55,410 nt of DNA. Source: Alphaproteobacteria bacterium (GTDB taxonomy: Bacteria > Pseudomonadota > Alphaproteobacteria > Rs-D84). Positions 9,258-19,215 of this stretch are shown here, piece after piece (within the stretch, counting starts at the first letter, position 1; each line of letters opens with the position of its first letter). Below the pieces are notes generated by a model, which saw only the letters and a program-made list of their open reading frames with translations, did not search any database and was not told the origin of the DNA. Both the position numbers and the translations under genes were made by a program. The DNA lies in contig JAIDWS010000019.1 in assembly GCA_029059055.1 (NCBI GenBank), positions 1-55,410 on the forward strand, read 5' to 3'.

Positions 9258-10528
9258 TGATAAAACGTTTGTTGGCCATTTTTTGCCTGTTGTTCGTGTC
9301 AACCGCCCATGCGGCGGAAATGGTAAACGTCGAATATATCCATTCGGCCATCAAACACCACTGGGGCATCGCCGTACCGTACAACCCCGCATTAACCAAC
9401 CCGCGGGTGGCGGCCAATATGAAATATCTGTTGACGGCAATCGACCGCGCAAACGAATTGCAAAACAATAAAACCAGTTATGGGACAAATGCGACCTTTG
9501 CCACATTGGCGGCGGCCGATACGGTGGCGACAAACGACGCAATAAAACGCTTTATCACACAACCGTTTTTTATCACAACCACCCCCACCACGACCAGCTT
9601 TACATTCGAACTGTCGGCCCAGGGCAGCTTTACCGTCACATGGGGCGATGGGTCCAGCGAATCCATTGTGAAAAACGACACCGAAATGAAATCTTATTCC
9701 CACACGTACAGTCGCGCGGGCGAATATAAAATCGGCTTTTCCGGAACGGCCACCGCGTACAGTACCGCCGACCCGCGCACAGACCCGACCGCGGCCATAC
9801 GTTTTTGGAAAAACAACGACATCGCCGCAATCAGCGGGTCATTGGGCGCCATATTCAGCACAATCGGCAACGGCGCAACGGCGGCCCAGCAACCGATATT
9901 CCATAACACATTTCGTGAATGCAAAAATTTGACCAGCACCATTCCCGAACAATTATTTGTCGGCATACATGGCGCACCGGCCGAACGCATGTTTGCCGGC
10001 ACGTTCCAAAGCACACCGTTCACCGGTTCCATTCCCGCAGATTTATTTGCCGAAATCAAGGGCGCGCCAGCATGGGCCATGTTTAACAATACATTTCACA
10101 TGTCCGTATTAACCGGCACAATTCCGGGCAATCTGTTCCGGGGCATATCGGGCGCACCGGCGGAATACATGTACAGTGGCACATTTATGCACTGCAAAAA
10201 TTTAACCGGCGAAATACCGGCGGGACTGTTTGGTGACATCCATGGCGCCCCGGTGGAATATATGTATTACGGCGTTCTGGGCAACAATCCGGGCTTGACG
10301 GGTCAAATCCCGGAAAACTTGTTTGGCGATATATCGGGTCCGGCGGCCCCATGGATGTTTTATCAATCCTTTTTAAATGACAGCGGTCTGACGGGGCCAT
10401 CTGCCCGCATTAATGGACAATATTTGTACGAGATATGGCCATCCCCCCCCGAAAATGGCAGTACATCCTGTTACGGCAACGCCACGGGTCTGTCTGATTA
10501 CAGCACCATCCCCGCACAATGGAAATAA
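9257..10528 (+). CDS. Secreted protein with a PKD-like domain and ~25-26-aa LRR-like solenoid repeats
   Basis: Signal peptide; FTVTWGDGS...SHTYSRAGEYKI (PKD); about six repeats of TFxxxxxLTGxIPxxLFxxIxGAPAxxM. Confidence 0.8.
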   Translation: MIKRLLAIFCLLFVSTAHAAEMVNVEYIHSAIKHHWGIAVPYNPALTNPRVAANMKYLLTAIDRANELQNNKTSYGTNATFATLAAADTVATNDAIKRFITQPFFITTTPTTTSFTFELSAQGSFTVTWGDGSSESIVKNDTEMKSYSHTYSRAGEYKIGFSGTATAYSTADPRTDPTAAIRFWKNNDIAAISGSLGAIFSTIGNGATAAQQPIFHNTFRECKNLTSTIPEQLFVGIHGAPAERMFAGTFQSTPFTGSIPADLFAEIKGAPAWAMFNNTFHMSVLTGTIPGNLFRGISGAPAEYMYSGTFMHCKNLTGEIPAGLFGDIHGAPVEYMYYGVLGNNPGLTGQIPENLFGDISGPAAPWMFYQSFLNDSGLTGPSARINGQYLYEIWPSPPENGSTSCYGNATGLSDYSTIPAQWK

Positions 10529-10579
10529 ACCCACCGCCGCATGGCGGTGTTTTTTTTACGGCAACCACAAACATCATGA

Positions 10580-10863
10580 TCGAACCACATGGGGTGGTTC
10601 TCAACGACTTATCGTCGAACCCGGGGGACGGGTTCTTCGTCCGCGCCCCACAACAAAAAAACCGCCATGCGGCGGTTTATCTTGGTGGGGACACAGGGAC
10701 TCCCTCGGCACGGGGTGCCTGCGGGGCATTCCTGGCGTTTCGAACCACATGGGGTGGTTCTCAACGACTCATAGTCGAACCCGGGGTCCAGGGTTCTTCG
10801 TCCGCGCCCCACAACAAAAAAACCGCCATGCGGCGGTTTATCTTGGTGGGGACACAGGGACTC
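10580..10863 (-). repeat. tRNA-Lys-linked tandem repeat (two ~123-bp units, ~160-bp period)
   Basis: 10580-10702 is nearly identical to 10740-10863. Each unit carries the last 20 nt of tRNA-Lys and the CCGCC/GGCGG terminator. Confidence 0.9.
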
Positions 10864-10919
10864 GAACCCTGGACCCAATGATTAAAAGTCATTTGCTCTA
10901 CCAACTGAGCTATGTCCCC
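10844..10919 (-). tRNA. tRNA-Lys(TTT)
   Basis: GGGGACA/TGTCCCC acceptor, GACT-TTT-AATC anticodon arm, GGTTCGAG T-loop, encoded CCA. Confidence 0.96.
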
Positions 10920-11026
10920 AAAACGGAACCGGAAATCCAGAACACTGGGTTCTGTTTCCGTGGTTCGGGGCAAATTTTGACATATTAATTTATAAAAATC
11001 AAGAAAAAATGCACGCTGTTTCACAT

Positions 11027-11695
11027 TTATTTTTCGGGACCGATGGCGCCCTGTTGTAATAATTGCTGAAAATGCAGTGCCATTTCTGCGTCTGAATCCA
11101 GCCAATCCGTTATGCGCGTTATGATGCTGGCGATATATTTCGCGGTGATTTTGCGGTTTGAATAAAATTTGTGTTCGTTTATCAGATGGGATAAATCACG
11201 CGCCATGGCGGATAATTCTTGGACACGGTCGACCGATATGATATTGGCACGGCCGTATTTATATATCAAATCATCCAATTCATCCCGGTATTTGCGCAAA
11301 TCTGCAACATCCGTGGCCCCGATTTTCATATTTTTCGCAATGCGCGACACGGTCAATTCATCCATCCGGTTCAAAGATTCCAATGTCAATTTGCCGCGCA
11401 CCCCTGCGACATGCCGCATCAGTATCGTCAAATTCATCAGCAACAGGTTGACTTTGTCGGCCATATTCTGGGCCATTGTTTGACTTAAACGCTTTGAAAC
11501 ACGCGAATTTGAATAATCATACAGTAAAAACACCAACGGAATCGACAGCAATGATGCCGCAATATTATTGATTAAATCCGCCAAACTGGGGCTGCGTATA
11601 TTATCCTGGGTTACCACGAACAGCACAACGCCCCCCGCAATAGACAGCAGATAAGGGATGCTTTTCAATAAAAAATCGCGAATTTTGGGGTTCAT
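11027..11695 (-). CDS. Hypothetical membrane-anchored protein
   Basis: 222-aa ORF with two N-terminal hydrophobic helices, filling the gap between MFS and tRNA. Confidence 0.75.
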   Translation of the reverse strand: MNPKIRDFLLKSIPYLLSIAGGVVLFVVTQDNIRSPSLADLINNIAASLLSIPLVFLLYDYSNSRVSKRLSQTMAQNMADKVNLLLMNLTILMRHVAGVRGKLTLESLNRMDELTVSRIAKNMKIGATDVADLRKYRDELDDLIYKYGRANIISVDRVQELSAMARDLSHLINEHKFYSNRKITAKYIASIITRITDWLDSDAEMALHFQQLLQQGAIGPEK

Positions 11696-11744
11696 GCGTC
11701 ACAGTATATTCTAAAAAACGACGCATGAACACAGGATGCAATTC

Positions 11745-12980
11745 TTATACGATATCAGAACCGGTCGGATGTTTGGTTTTTAACACGCGAATATTCGGAT
11801 TTTGGCCGATGGCACATTTATTGCCGACGAACAGTATCGCCCACAATCCCGCACAAACCAACAATCCGCCCAACATCAAGACGCTGTATCGCCAACTGCC
11901 CAACGTTCCGCCAAACCCCATCAACAGGCATACCAATATATAAACGACATTATCGGCAATGCTGTACAGGGACAAAATAACGGAACGATATGTCGACGGT
12001 AAAAAGTCTTGGAATCGGGAATACAACAAGATGTTTATCCCACTGAATAATACATAGGCCGCCCCCAATGCCCATATCCCGGCAATGGAATAATGCAGCG
12101 AAAACAGGATAAATAAAGCACCACCCGCACACACAGACGCATACAATATCCAATCTTTGATTTTTGTAAATTTATACGCAAACGTCTGTCCCAATATCAT
12201 GCACCCCAGAATCAGGAATTGAACAATCCCCACAAACGCCACCGGCAGCCCCAATTCAACCCCAATCGGGCTTAAATAATCATCCAGATACGCACAGTTG
12301 GCGACAATCTGGCTGAGTAATAGCATCAGGAAAATACACGGTGTGGTCCGGCAAATCCGATATCCGGTTTTAAACAATGTGATAAAATGCACCTTGCGCG
12401 TTTTCTTAACCCGTCCGTTATTGCGACTGCGCAGGTCAATGCGCGCGATAAAGAACATGGATATGGCCAACGCCCCCAGCGACGCAATTGTAATCCATTC
12501 ATATCCCACAAACATCAACAACGATCCAAATGCCGATAATGCCGAACCGGCGGCCTGGATATTGTAACGCCGTCCCAAGACGCGGGCGTACATGTTGTGA
12601 TGATGACGGGCACGCAATTCGTCGTAAATCATTCCTTCGAACGCGACGTTAAAGAACGCATTCATTGTGCCCCACATAAACATCCCCAGGGCAAATCCCC
12701 AAAATGTCGGATACAGCAACCACAGCAAGAATCCACAGCCTTCTAGGAACTGGCCCAAAATAATAGCCTTTTTGGGACCAAATTTGTTTGTTATCCATGT
12801 AACCGGAATCTGGGTGCAAAATGTCCCCACAGATAACAGAATGAACAATATGGACAACTGCATATCAGATATACCGTTACGCTGCATAAACACCGCATAA
12901 ACCGGTGTCAACAACAGCAATTTATTAAAAAACGAATATCCGTAAATATTTATCAAGAAATTTCGCAAAGAACTTTTCAT
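11745..12980 (-). CDS. MFS transporter
   Basis: About 12 TM segments; MFS motif-A-like WITNKFGPKKAII; GMIYDEL. Confidence 0.85.
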   Translation of the reverse strand: MKSSLRNFLINIYGYSFFNKLLLLTPVYAVFMQRNGISDMQLSILFILLSVGTFCTQIPVTWITNKFGPKKAIILGQFLEGCGFLLWLLYPTFWGFALGMFMWGTMNAFFNVAFEGMIYDELRARHHHNMYARVLGRRYNIQAAGSALSAFGSLLMFVGYEWITIASLGALAISMFFIARIDLRSRNNGRVKKTRKVHFITLFKTGYRICRTTPCIFLMLLLSQIVANCAYLDDYLSPIGVELGLPVAFVGIVQFLILGCMILGQTFAYKFTKIKDWILYASVCAGGALFILFSLHYSIAGIWALGAAYVLFSGINILLYSRFQDFLPSTYRSVILSLYSIADNVVYILVCLLMGFGGTLGSWRYSVLMLGGLLVCAGLWAILFVGNKCAIGQNPNIRVLKTKHPTGSDIV

Positions 12981-13047
12981 CCCTGTACCTTGGGCTGTCA
13001 GAATTATATGCCAGGTATTATATCCGTTTTTTCCGTATGTGTAAACA

Positions 13048-13076
13048 TTGATTTTTCAATCAAAATACCCTATAAT
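13048..13076 (+). promoter_or_regulatory. sigma70-type promoter
   Basis: TTGATT-N17-TATAAT. Confidence 0.6.
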
Positions 13077-13099
13077 TATTGGGATGACAGGGTGCGTCA

Positions 13100-15328
13100 A
13101 TGAATGATTTTTTATTAAAATATTACAGACAGTTACACTTTAACAGCATGCCGGCGGAAATTCGCGCCCAATTCAACGCATATTTGGGTGCGGACGATTT
13201 TCGCGGCAATATGAAAAGCTGGAAATCCGACCTGATGCACCAGGATGCAAACGGCAAATGGGTGAACAATGATTTGCCGGATCCGGCGGCCAACGGGATG
13301 ACCGACGCCGAATGGGATAAATTGTTCAATGCCCTGCGCGATGCGTTCCAGGCCATGAACGCCCAGCGTTCCAAATTCAAAGAAGATAAAAAAGCCACCG
13401 AATTCTTGGACGCGTGGTTCGGCCCCGGAAAATTATTCACCAGTATCCAGCCCAGCCCAACCGCCCAGGCCCAAATTCCCGCGTTGACCAACCTGTTGCA
13501 AACGCACCAGCGAACATTGGCAATGAAATTGCAGCAGTGGGGATTGGTGGATTCTGATTTCACGTACCAAGATTTGCTGGATGGATTGACGGGCGGCAAA
13601 TATAAAAACAACCCCACATTCCAGGAAAAATTAACCCAGGTCGCACGTTACATCACGTATTACACCAACGGCACCAATGACACCGCGTTACAGGCCGAAA
13701 TCGGTCCCCAGAATTTTTCTGATATTGAAAACGGGTTCCAAGATAACACCGTCAGTGCGCCCCGCCGCGATTATCTGAAAACCAATTATGATTTTCTGTT
13801 GCGAACACTGTACACGAACAAGGCGGCGTATAACGTTTTCAAACAATACGATAACGGCAAGATATCCAAGCAGCTGGACAAGGCCATCGAAAAAACCGAT
13901 TACGCCAACAAAGAAAGCCCGGATTATGTCCCGCCCAAGCGTACAGATGAATTAACCCTGGGGGAACAGATATCCAATTGGTGGGGCGACACGTACGCAG
14001 ACGTTTTGGAAAAATTCGTCAAACTGCGCGGCGACCAGATGTTTATTAAACCCGAATCCCGGGCCATTGTCGGCGCCATTCACGGGCTTAAAATCAAACC
14101 GACCGACGGGTTAAAGGCCATTTTGGACAAAGCGGGCGATATTGAAAAAAAGCTGATGTACAAATCGCCAAAAGCGACCGAGGCTTTTAAGTACTTTGTC
14201 AAAACGATGAAGGATTTACAGGCCACCATGCCCAAGGCATTTGCCAAGGCATTGTCACATGGGCATCAGCGGCGCGCCCTGGTCGAAGAAATGGTGATTG
14301 CCGCCGTGCGCGATGGCAAGGTTGAACAGGCAAAAATCGCCATGGAAATTCTGGCGGTTATCCGATACGGCTGGACCACCAGCAAAATTATGGACGCATT
14401 GGGCAAAGAAAATCTGAGTATCTTTTCCGACCCGTCATTGTCATGGAATAAAACCGCAGGCATCAAATTCGTCACAACCGCATTTGATAAAAGCTTGAAA
14501 ACAGCTTTTATGGGTGTGGGGTATGCCGTGACCATCGCCGGCAATGCCATTCGCCAGCGTGGCCATAAATTCAACGGCCACAGCAACCGCATCAAAGGCG
14601 CCAAAGAAACATGGCAGCAACAGGTGGACGCCGACAAAAACGCGGCAATCCGTAGCCGCGATGACGCGCAAAACCAACGTCAAATCCAACAACAGCGTCA
14701 ATCTGCCATCAATCAACAATACGGCATCAACGACCAAACCATCGCCGCCCACGAACAACAGTTACAAACCGACCAACAAACATTGGCCGGGTATCAAAAC
14801 GATATCGATTCATTACAGGCCCAGATGGCGGACGCCCAAACCCAAAAAGAAGAACTGGAACAAAATACCATGCCACAATTCCAGGCATGGTTACAAGACC
14901 CGGCCAATGCCAATCATCCCCAGCGCGCCCAAGTCGAACAACAATACCGTCAAATACGCATCAAACGCGTGCGTCTGTGGCAACAAATGCGTACAGACCA
15001 GGCAAATTTGACCCAGAAACAAAATGCCCAGGCCAATTTGCAGACGTCCGTTGACGACCAAATTGACCATATCAGCCAATATCATGACGCGACAAACAAT
15101 GTGCTGTTTTTGGATGAACGTATCCAGCAACGCGACAATGAATTGGCCAATTGGGACGCCGACCACCAAAACAAATATGCCGAATTGATGGCACATTGGG
15201 ATTTTCTGGAAACAGGCCGTAAAACACACAGCTGGGCCATCAGCAAGGCGCGCGCCCAGAAAAAATTCAGTGCCACAATCGACCCGAAACTGCAACAATG
15301 GTACCAGAACTATCAATATGCCGCTTGA
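13100..15328 (+). CDS. Large hypothetical protein with a Gln-rich C-terminal coiled coil
   Basis: 742-aa ORF with host-like codon style; Q/A/D-rich heptad-like region from about residue 500 to 690. Confidence 0.85.
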   Translation: MNDFLLKYYRQLHFNSMPAEIRAQFNAYLGADDFRGNMKSWKSDLMHQDANGKWVNNDLPDPAANGMTDAEWDKLFNALRDAFQAMNAQRSKFKEDKKATEFLDAWFGPGKLFTSIQPSPTAQAQIPALTNLLQTHQRTLAMKLQQWGLVDSDFTYQDLLDGLTGGKYKNNPTFQEKLTQVARYITYYTNGTNDTALQAEIGPQNFSDIENGFQDNTVSAPRRDYLKTNYDFLLRTLYTNKAAYNVFKQYDNGKISKQLDKAIEKTDYANKESPDYVPPKRTDELTLGEQISNWWGDTYADVLEKFVKLRGDQMFIKPESRAIVGAIHGLKIKPTDGLKAILDKAGDIEKKLMYKSPKATEAFKYFVKTMKDLQATMPKAFAKALSHGHQRRALVEEMVIAAVRDGKVEQAKIAMEILAVIRYGWTTSKIMDALGKENLSIFSDPSLSWNKTAGIKFVTTAFDKSLKTAFMGVGYAVTIAGNAIRQRGHKFNGHSNRIKGAKETWQQQVDADKNAAIRSRDDAQNQRQIQQQRQSAINQQYGINDQTIAAHEQQLQTDQQTLAGYQNDIDSLQAQMADAQTQKEELEQNTMPQFQAWLQDPANANHPQRAQVEQQYRQIRIKRVRLWQQMRTDQANLTQKQNAQANLQTSVDDQIDHISQYHDATNNVLFLDERIQQRDNELANWDADHQNKYAELMAHWDFLETGRKTHSWAISKARAQKKFSATIDPKLQQWYQNYQYAA

Positions 15329-15353
15329 TTTTTTCGGCAAAATTTGGTATAAT
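15325..15353 (+). promoter_or_regulatory. sigma70-type promoter
   Basis: TTGATT-N17-TATAAT overlapping the upstream stop codon. Confidence 0.6.
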
Positions 15354-15369
15354 AATTGTACACACTTTG

Positions 15370-15394
15370 ACACCGCCATGCGCGGTGTTTTTTT
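15370..15394 (+). terminator. Intrinsic terminator between the promoter and the tail-fibre-like gene
   Basis: ACACCGC-CATGC-GCGGTGT followed by a T run. Confidence 0.7.
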
Positions 15395-15423
15395 ATTTCC
15401 ACCATTTAACCAAAGGATTATAC

Positions 15424-16002
15424 ATGGCACGAATTTTGCAAATTCGGCGCGGCACAACCGCACAAAACAATAACTTTACGGGATTGCCGGGCGAAGTTTC
15501 TTTTGACACCGATGCCAAAACATTACGCGTACACGACGGCGAAACGCTGGGCGGATTTCCCCTGGCCCGTGCCGACCAGACCACCAGCGCCCCGGGCGGT
15601 GCATCATTATTTGATATCACCACGGTGCCTGATGAATTCTGGCAAAACATCATATCCAAATTCACACCCAACCCATTTCAAATCCACACCAGCCGCACCG
15701 TCAGTGTCGTCAACATGGGTTATATGGAATACGTTTGGAACGAATCCCCCCAGCCCAAGTTTGCCTATGTCGCCCTGGTCTGTCAAACGCCAGAGGCCGA
15801 TTACAGCGTCGGCGACACCGTCATGGCGTTCGGCATTGGCGACCGCACAAACCCGTTGCCGAATGTGTTTTCAGATTCACTGGGACTGCATGTGCGGTTG
15901 GCGGTCGGATCCGAAAATTTCTGGGTCAGTCATAAAACCACCGGCGTCAAAACACCGATTACCAACGACCGCTGGGGCGTAAAATTTATCATTTGGTATT
16001 GA
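15424..16002 (+). CDS. Phage tail-fibre-like protein with an Mtd_N/hyaluronidase-type N-terminal domain
   Basis: ARILQIRRGTTAQNNNFTGLPGEVSFDTDAKTLRVHDGETLGGFPL; AAGGA RBS before ATG 15424. Confidence 0.75.
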   Translation: MARILQIRRGTTAQNNNFTGLPGEVSFDTDAKTLRVHDGETLGGFPLARADQTTSAPGGASLFDITTVPDEFWQNIISKFTPNPFQIHTSRTVSVVNMGYMEYVWNESPQPKFAYVALVCQTPEADYSVGDTVMAFGIGDRTNPLPNVFSDSLGLHVRLAVGSENFWVSHKTTGVKTPITNDRWGVKFIIWY

Positions 16003-16060
16003 TAATTCGGGAAACATTTGCTAGCCTGGACACGGAAAATTAATACCGAAGGGGAAGCAT

Positions 16061-17302
16061 ATGTACATACTGGCGCTGAATTGCGGTTCATCCACATTAA
16101 AATTTCAGGTTTTTGACACCCAGACTTACCAGCCTGTGTTCAAAGGGAACGCCGAAAAAATCGGCGAAACCGGGTCCAACATCACATACAAATCGGACAC
16201 CGCCCGGGGCAAAAAAGACATCAATTTGGAAAATCACGCGGCGGCATTGACGGCGGTGATTGAATTGCTGACGGAAAATGGAATTGCGCTGTCGGAAATC
16301 GGGGGCGTGGGTCACCGCGTTGTACACGGGGGCGATAAATTCGCGTGCAGCGTTGCCGCCACCGACGAAGTCATCAAAACCATTAATGAATTGACTGATT
16401 TGGCGCCATTGCATAATCCGGCGAATTTGGTCGGAATTGTCGCGGCCCGCGAAGTTCTGCCGAACGCGACCCAGGTGGCCGTATTCGACACCGCGTTTCA
16501 CCAGACATTGCCGGATTACAATTACCGGTATGCGGTGCCGGGCGCGTGGTATCGCGAATTGGGCGTGCGTAAATACGGGTTCCACGGGACATCGCACCTG
16601 TACGTATCCAAACGCGCGGCGGCATTGTTGGGCAAACCGGCGTCCCAGTGCAACATTATTTCCATGCACATGGGGTCGGGGGCATCGGCATGCGCGATTA
16701 AACACGGCAACAGCATTGACACATCGCTGGGGATGACGCCGTTGGCGGGATTGGTGATGGGGACACGCTGTGGCGATTTGGACCCGTCGATTCCGTTCTT
16801 TGTCAAAGAAAAACTGGGCCTGTCCGACAAACTGACGATGGAAGCGTTAAATAAACAATCCGGCATCCTGGGCATCACCGAATGCTATGCCGACCGCCGC
16901 GACGTTATGGAACATTTTGGCGATAATGACAAATGCCGTCTGGCCATGGAAATGGAAGCGGCCCGCGCCAAGAAATTCATTGGGTCATACATCGCCGCCA
17001 TCGAAGAACCGGTCGATGCCATCGTATTTACCGCGGGCGTTGGCGAAAATAATTATATCGTGCGTGAAAAGATTTGCGCGGGTCTGGCCCATATGGGCAT
17101 CAAACTGGACCCGGAAAAGAACCGGGCCGCCATGGCATTCATGGGCGCGGGCGAAATGGAAATCAGCGCACCCGACAGTGCGGTTAAAATCTTTATGATT
17201 CCAACCAACGAAGAATTGGTCTTGGTCGAAGATACCGTCGCCATCATGAACGGGACATACAACCCGGACCATTTGAAAATGGATTATTCGTTCGCGAAAT
17301 AA
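16061..17302 (+). CDS. ackA: Acetate kinase
   Basis: LNCGSSTLKFQ, GHRVVHGG, APLHNP, AVFDTAFHQT, YGFHGTSH, MGTRCGD, IPTNEEL. Confidence 0.98.
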   Translation: MYILALNCGSSTLKFQVFDTQTYQPVFKGNAEKIGETGSNITYKSDTARGKKDINLENHAAALTAVIELLTENGIALSEIGGVGHRVVHGGDKFACSVAATDEVIKTINELTDLAPLHNPANLVGIVAAREVLPNATQVAVFDTAFHQTLPDYNYRYAVPGAWYRELGVRKYGFHGTSHLYVSKRAAALLGKPASQCNIISMHMGSGASACAIKHGNSIDTSLGMTPLAGLVMGTRCGDLDPSIPFFVKEKLGLSDKLTMEALNKQSGILGITECYADRRDVMEHFGDNDKCRLAMEMEAARAKKFIGSYIAAIEEPVDAIVFTAGVGENNYIVREKICAGLAHMGIKLDPEKNRAAMAFMGAGEMEISAPDSAVKIFMIPTNEELVLVEDTVAIMNGTYNPDHLKMDYSFAK

Positions 17303-17329
17303 AAAATCCCCCGAACGGGGGATTTTTTT
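17303..17329. terminator. Bidirectional intrinsic terminator
   Basis: AAAATCCCCC-GAAC-GGGGGATTTTTTT between convergent genes. Confidence 0.85.
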
Positions 17330-17337
17330 GTTTTGCG

Positions 17338-17568
17338 TTAACGCTGTTTGTCAGAATGGCTTTGCATCTGGGTGGCCTGTTTGTGGGCCAACAAAGCCTT
17401 TAACTTTGCCTTGGCACGGGCAAAGATACCGGGCCGGTCAAAGCGTTCCTGTTCCCGGCGCGCCGCATGACGTAATTTGGCCGCCGTGTTTTCATCCAGC
17501 TGGCGCTGGATTTCTTCTTCGGATTTGCTCATATCCGGATATGTTACAATTTCATCATCGTATGTCAT
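17338..17568 (-). CDS. Small hypothetical protein
   Basis: 76 aa, AAGGAG RBS, downstream of virB11. Confidence 0.65.
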   Translation of the reverse strand: MTYDDEIVTYPDMSKSEEEIQRQLDENTAAKLRHAARREQERFDRPGIFARAKAKLKALLAHKQATQMQSHSDKQR

Positions 17569-17595
17569 GTACGTTCTCCTTATTCTTTATTAAAA

Positions 17596-18561
17596 TTAAA
17601 CAACTTCGGTAACAGCGCGCAGCGCCCCATCGCGCGACAATTGCACGACACGGATTTTCTGGCGCATTTCCGCGATTAATTCGCTGCGGTTATATGCCGG
17701 CTGGGTGTGCAAAATGCGGTCCGCAAATGCCGCGTATGCCGCATCGGCACTTTCCGCGTGAATGGTTGTATAAAAATGGTCGTGACCCGTCCCCAACATT
17801 TCCCACAACACCGACGCATTATCCGTTGAAATTTCCCCACCGATAATAACATCCGGCGTCATACGCACCACCAAATCCAGCAACCGCGCATAATTAAAAT
17901 CATTATTCTGTTCTGTGCGGGACAAAACAAAATGTACACGGTTTTCCTGGGGCACGCGAATTTCACGCGCATCTTCGACGGTGATAACGCGACTGTTTTG
18001 GTCAATCAGCGTCAACATGTGATTCAAAAACGTGGTTTTCCCGGTGGCGGTGGCCCCACTGATTAAAATGGGGCTGCCATCATTAATGGCGGTCATCAGC
18101 CGTTCATACGGGTCATCGGGGCGCACGCGTTCGCGTGGCTTGACACGTAACAATTCCGCGCCGCGCCGCAAATGATAGTTTTCAAAACTGGTATCAAACG
18201 CCCCGCCCCCACGAATATTCAGCGCAACGCCCCCAGTGACATCACGTTCATCATATTGAACGTTGGGACCGGCAATGGCACTGAACCGGTGATTCCCCGG
18301 CAACGTGGCGTATACCACCGGCACCCCGTGCGTCGGGTCAAACGGCCGTTCATAGATGTTGGCCACCGTGTGAATCAAATCCACCAAGTATTGCTTTGAC
18401 AGGTTTTCCGCCGTATACGACACCCACGGCACGCGCGCGCCATGCAGGCGCATCCACACCTGGCCGGCGTGATTGATGGCAATTTCTTCCACAAAAGACG
18501 GGGTATAAAATTCCGCCAGCGGTTTCAGCAAAGATTCCAAAACAACATTTGTCATTGACAT
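17596..18561 (-). CDS. virB11: VirB11/CpaF-family secretion ATPase
   Basis: Walker A GATATGKTT, Asp box ITVEDAREI, Walker B MTPDVIIGGEI, His box GH...TTIHA. Confidence 0.85.
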   Translation of the reverse strand: MSMTNVVLESLLKPLAEFYTPSFVEEIAINHAGQVWMRLHGARVPWVSYTAENLSKQYLVDLIHTVANIYERPFDPTHGVPVVYATLPGNHRFSAIAGPNVQYDERDVTGGVALNIRGGGAFDTSFENYHLRRGAELLRVKPRERVRPDDPYERLMTAINDGSPILISGATATGKTTFLNHMLTLIDQNSRVITVEDAREIRVPQENRVHFVLSRTEQNNDFNYARLLDLVVRMTPDVIIGGEISTDNASVLWEMLGTGHDHFYTTIHAESADAAYAAFADRILHTQPAYNRSELIAEMRQKIRVVQLSRDGALRAVTEVV

Positions 18562-18630
18562 GATTTTATCATAAATCGTGACTTGAATCAAAAAGCTTTA
18601 TTTGCTAAAATTAAAAAAAAGAGAGATAAA

Positions 18631-19200
18631 ATGAAGCTATCAACCATCTGTTGTGTTTTGGGTTCTGTGCTGGTTCTGGCGGGCTGTGCGGGCGGTGACG
18701 ACACCCCGTACAACACCGATGATTTTGCCCAGGGTGGCGCGGACGCGCCGCTGTATAACGAACGTACCGGCACATTTATGCAGGCGGGCAACCAATACGC
18801 CAACATTGATTCTTATAAGCCGAAAACCGCGGCCGAAAAAGAACAAAGTAACAAACGTTGGGACACCGCGCGCAAAGAAACCCGCTGGCAAGAATACAAG
18901 GGGGCGATGGTCCGCGTTGAAATATTGCTGGGCAATACCGATATGCGCGAAATGCGTTTGCGCCTGATTCAGAATGCCGATGGCCAAGATATTGACGGCG
19001 ATGCCCGCACCGTATTGTCCAAGGTTGCAGATTACGAAATGAAACGCGTCTGTGGCCGTAACGCCGACAGTATTGTGATGGTATATGACAACCCATCGTT
19101 TGACACAATGCGCCCCACCCCGTATTTCGATTACCGTATCGAAGCCGAAGGTGCCACCATGCGTGAATACGGATTCCGCTGTGTGTATCGGGATTATTGA
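18631..19200 (+). CDS. Hypothetical lipoprotein
   Basis: Lipobox LAGC after a hydrophobic leader. Confidence 0.75.
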   Translation: MKLSTICCVLGSVLVLAGCAGGDDTPYNTDDFAQGGADAPLYNERTGTFMQAGNQYANIDSYKPKTAAEKEQSNKRWDTARKETRWQEYKGAMVRVEILLGNTDMREMRLRLIQNADGQDIDGDARTVLSKVADYEMKRVCGRNADSIVMVYDNPSFDTMRPTPYFDYRIEAEGATMREYGFRCVYRDY

Positions 19201-19215
19201 TATCGGGGAAAAATT

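Noticed and set aside
10580-10863. CRISPR array (also considered for 37355-37764)
   Set aside because: The repeats are tRNA 3' ends plus terminators, spacers are long and irregular, and there are no cas genes.
10413-10988. ORFs 10413-10988, 10519-10881, 10609-10878
   Set aside because: They run across the tRNA and its repeats; the repeated peptide text is a by-product of the DNA repeat.
15424-16002. Prophage or diversity-generating retroelement around the Mtd-like gene
   Set aside because: No other phage genes, reverse transcriptase or template/variable repeat pair in the window.
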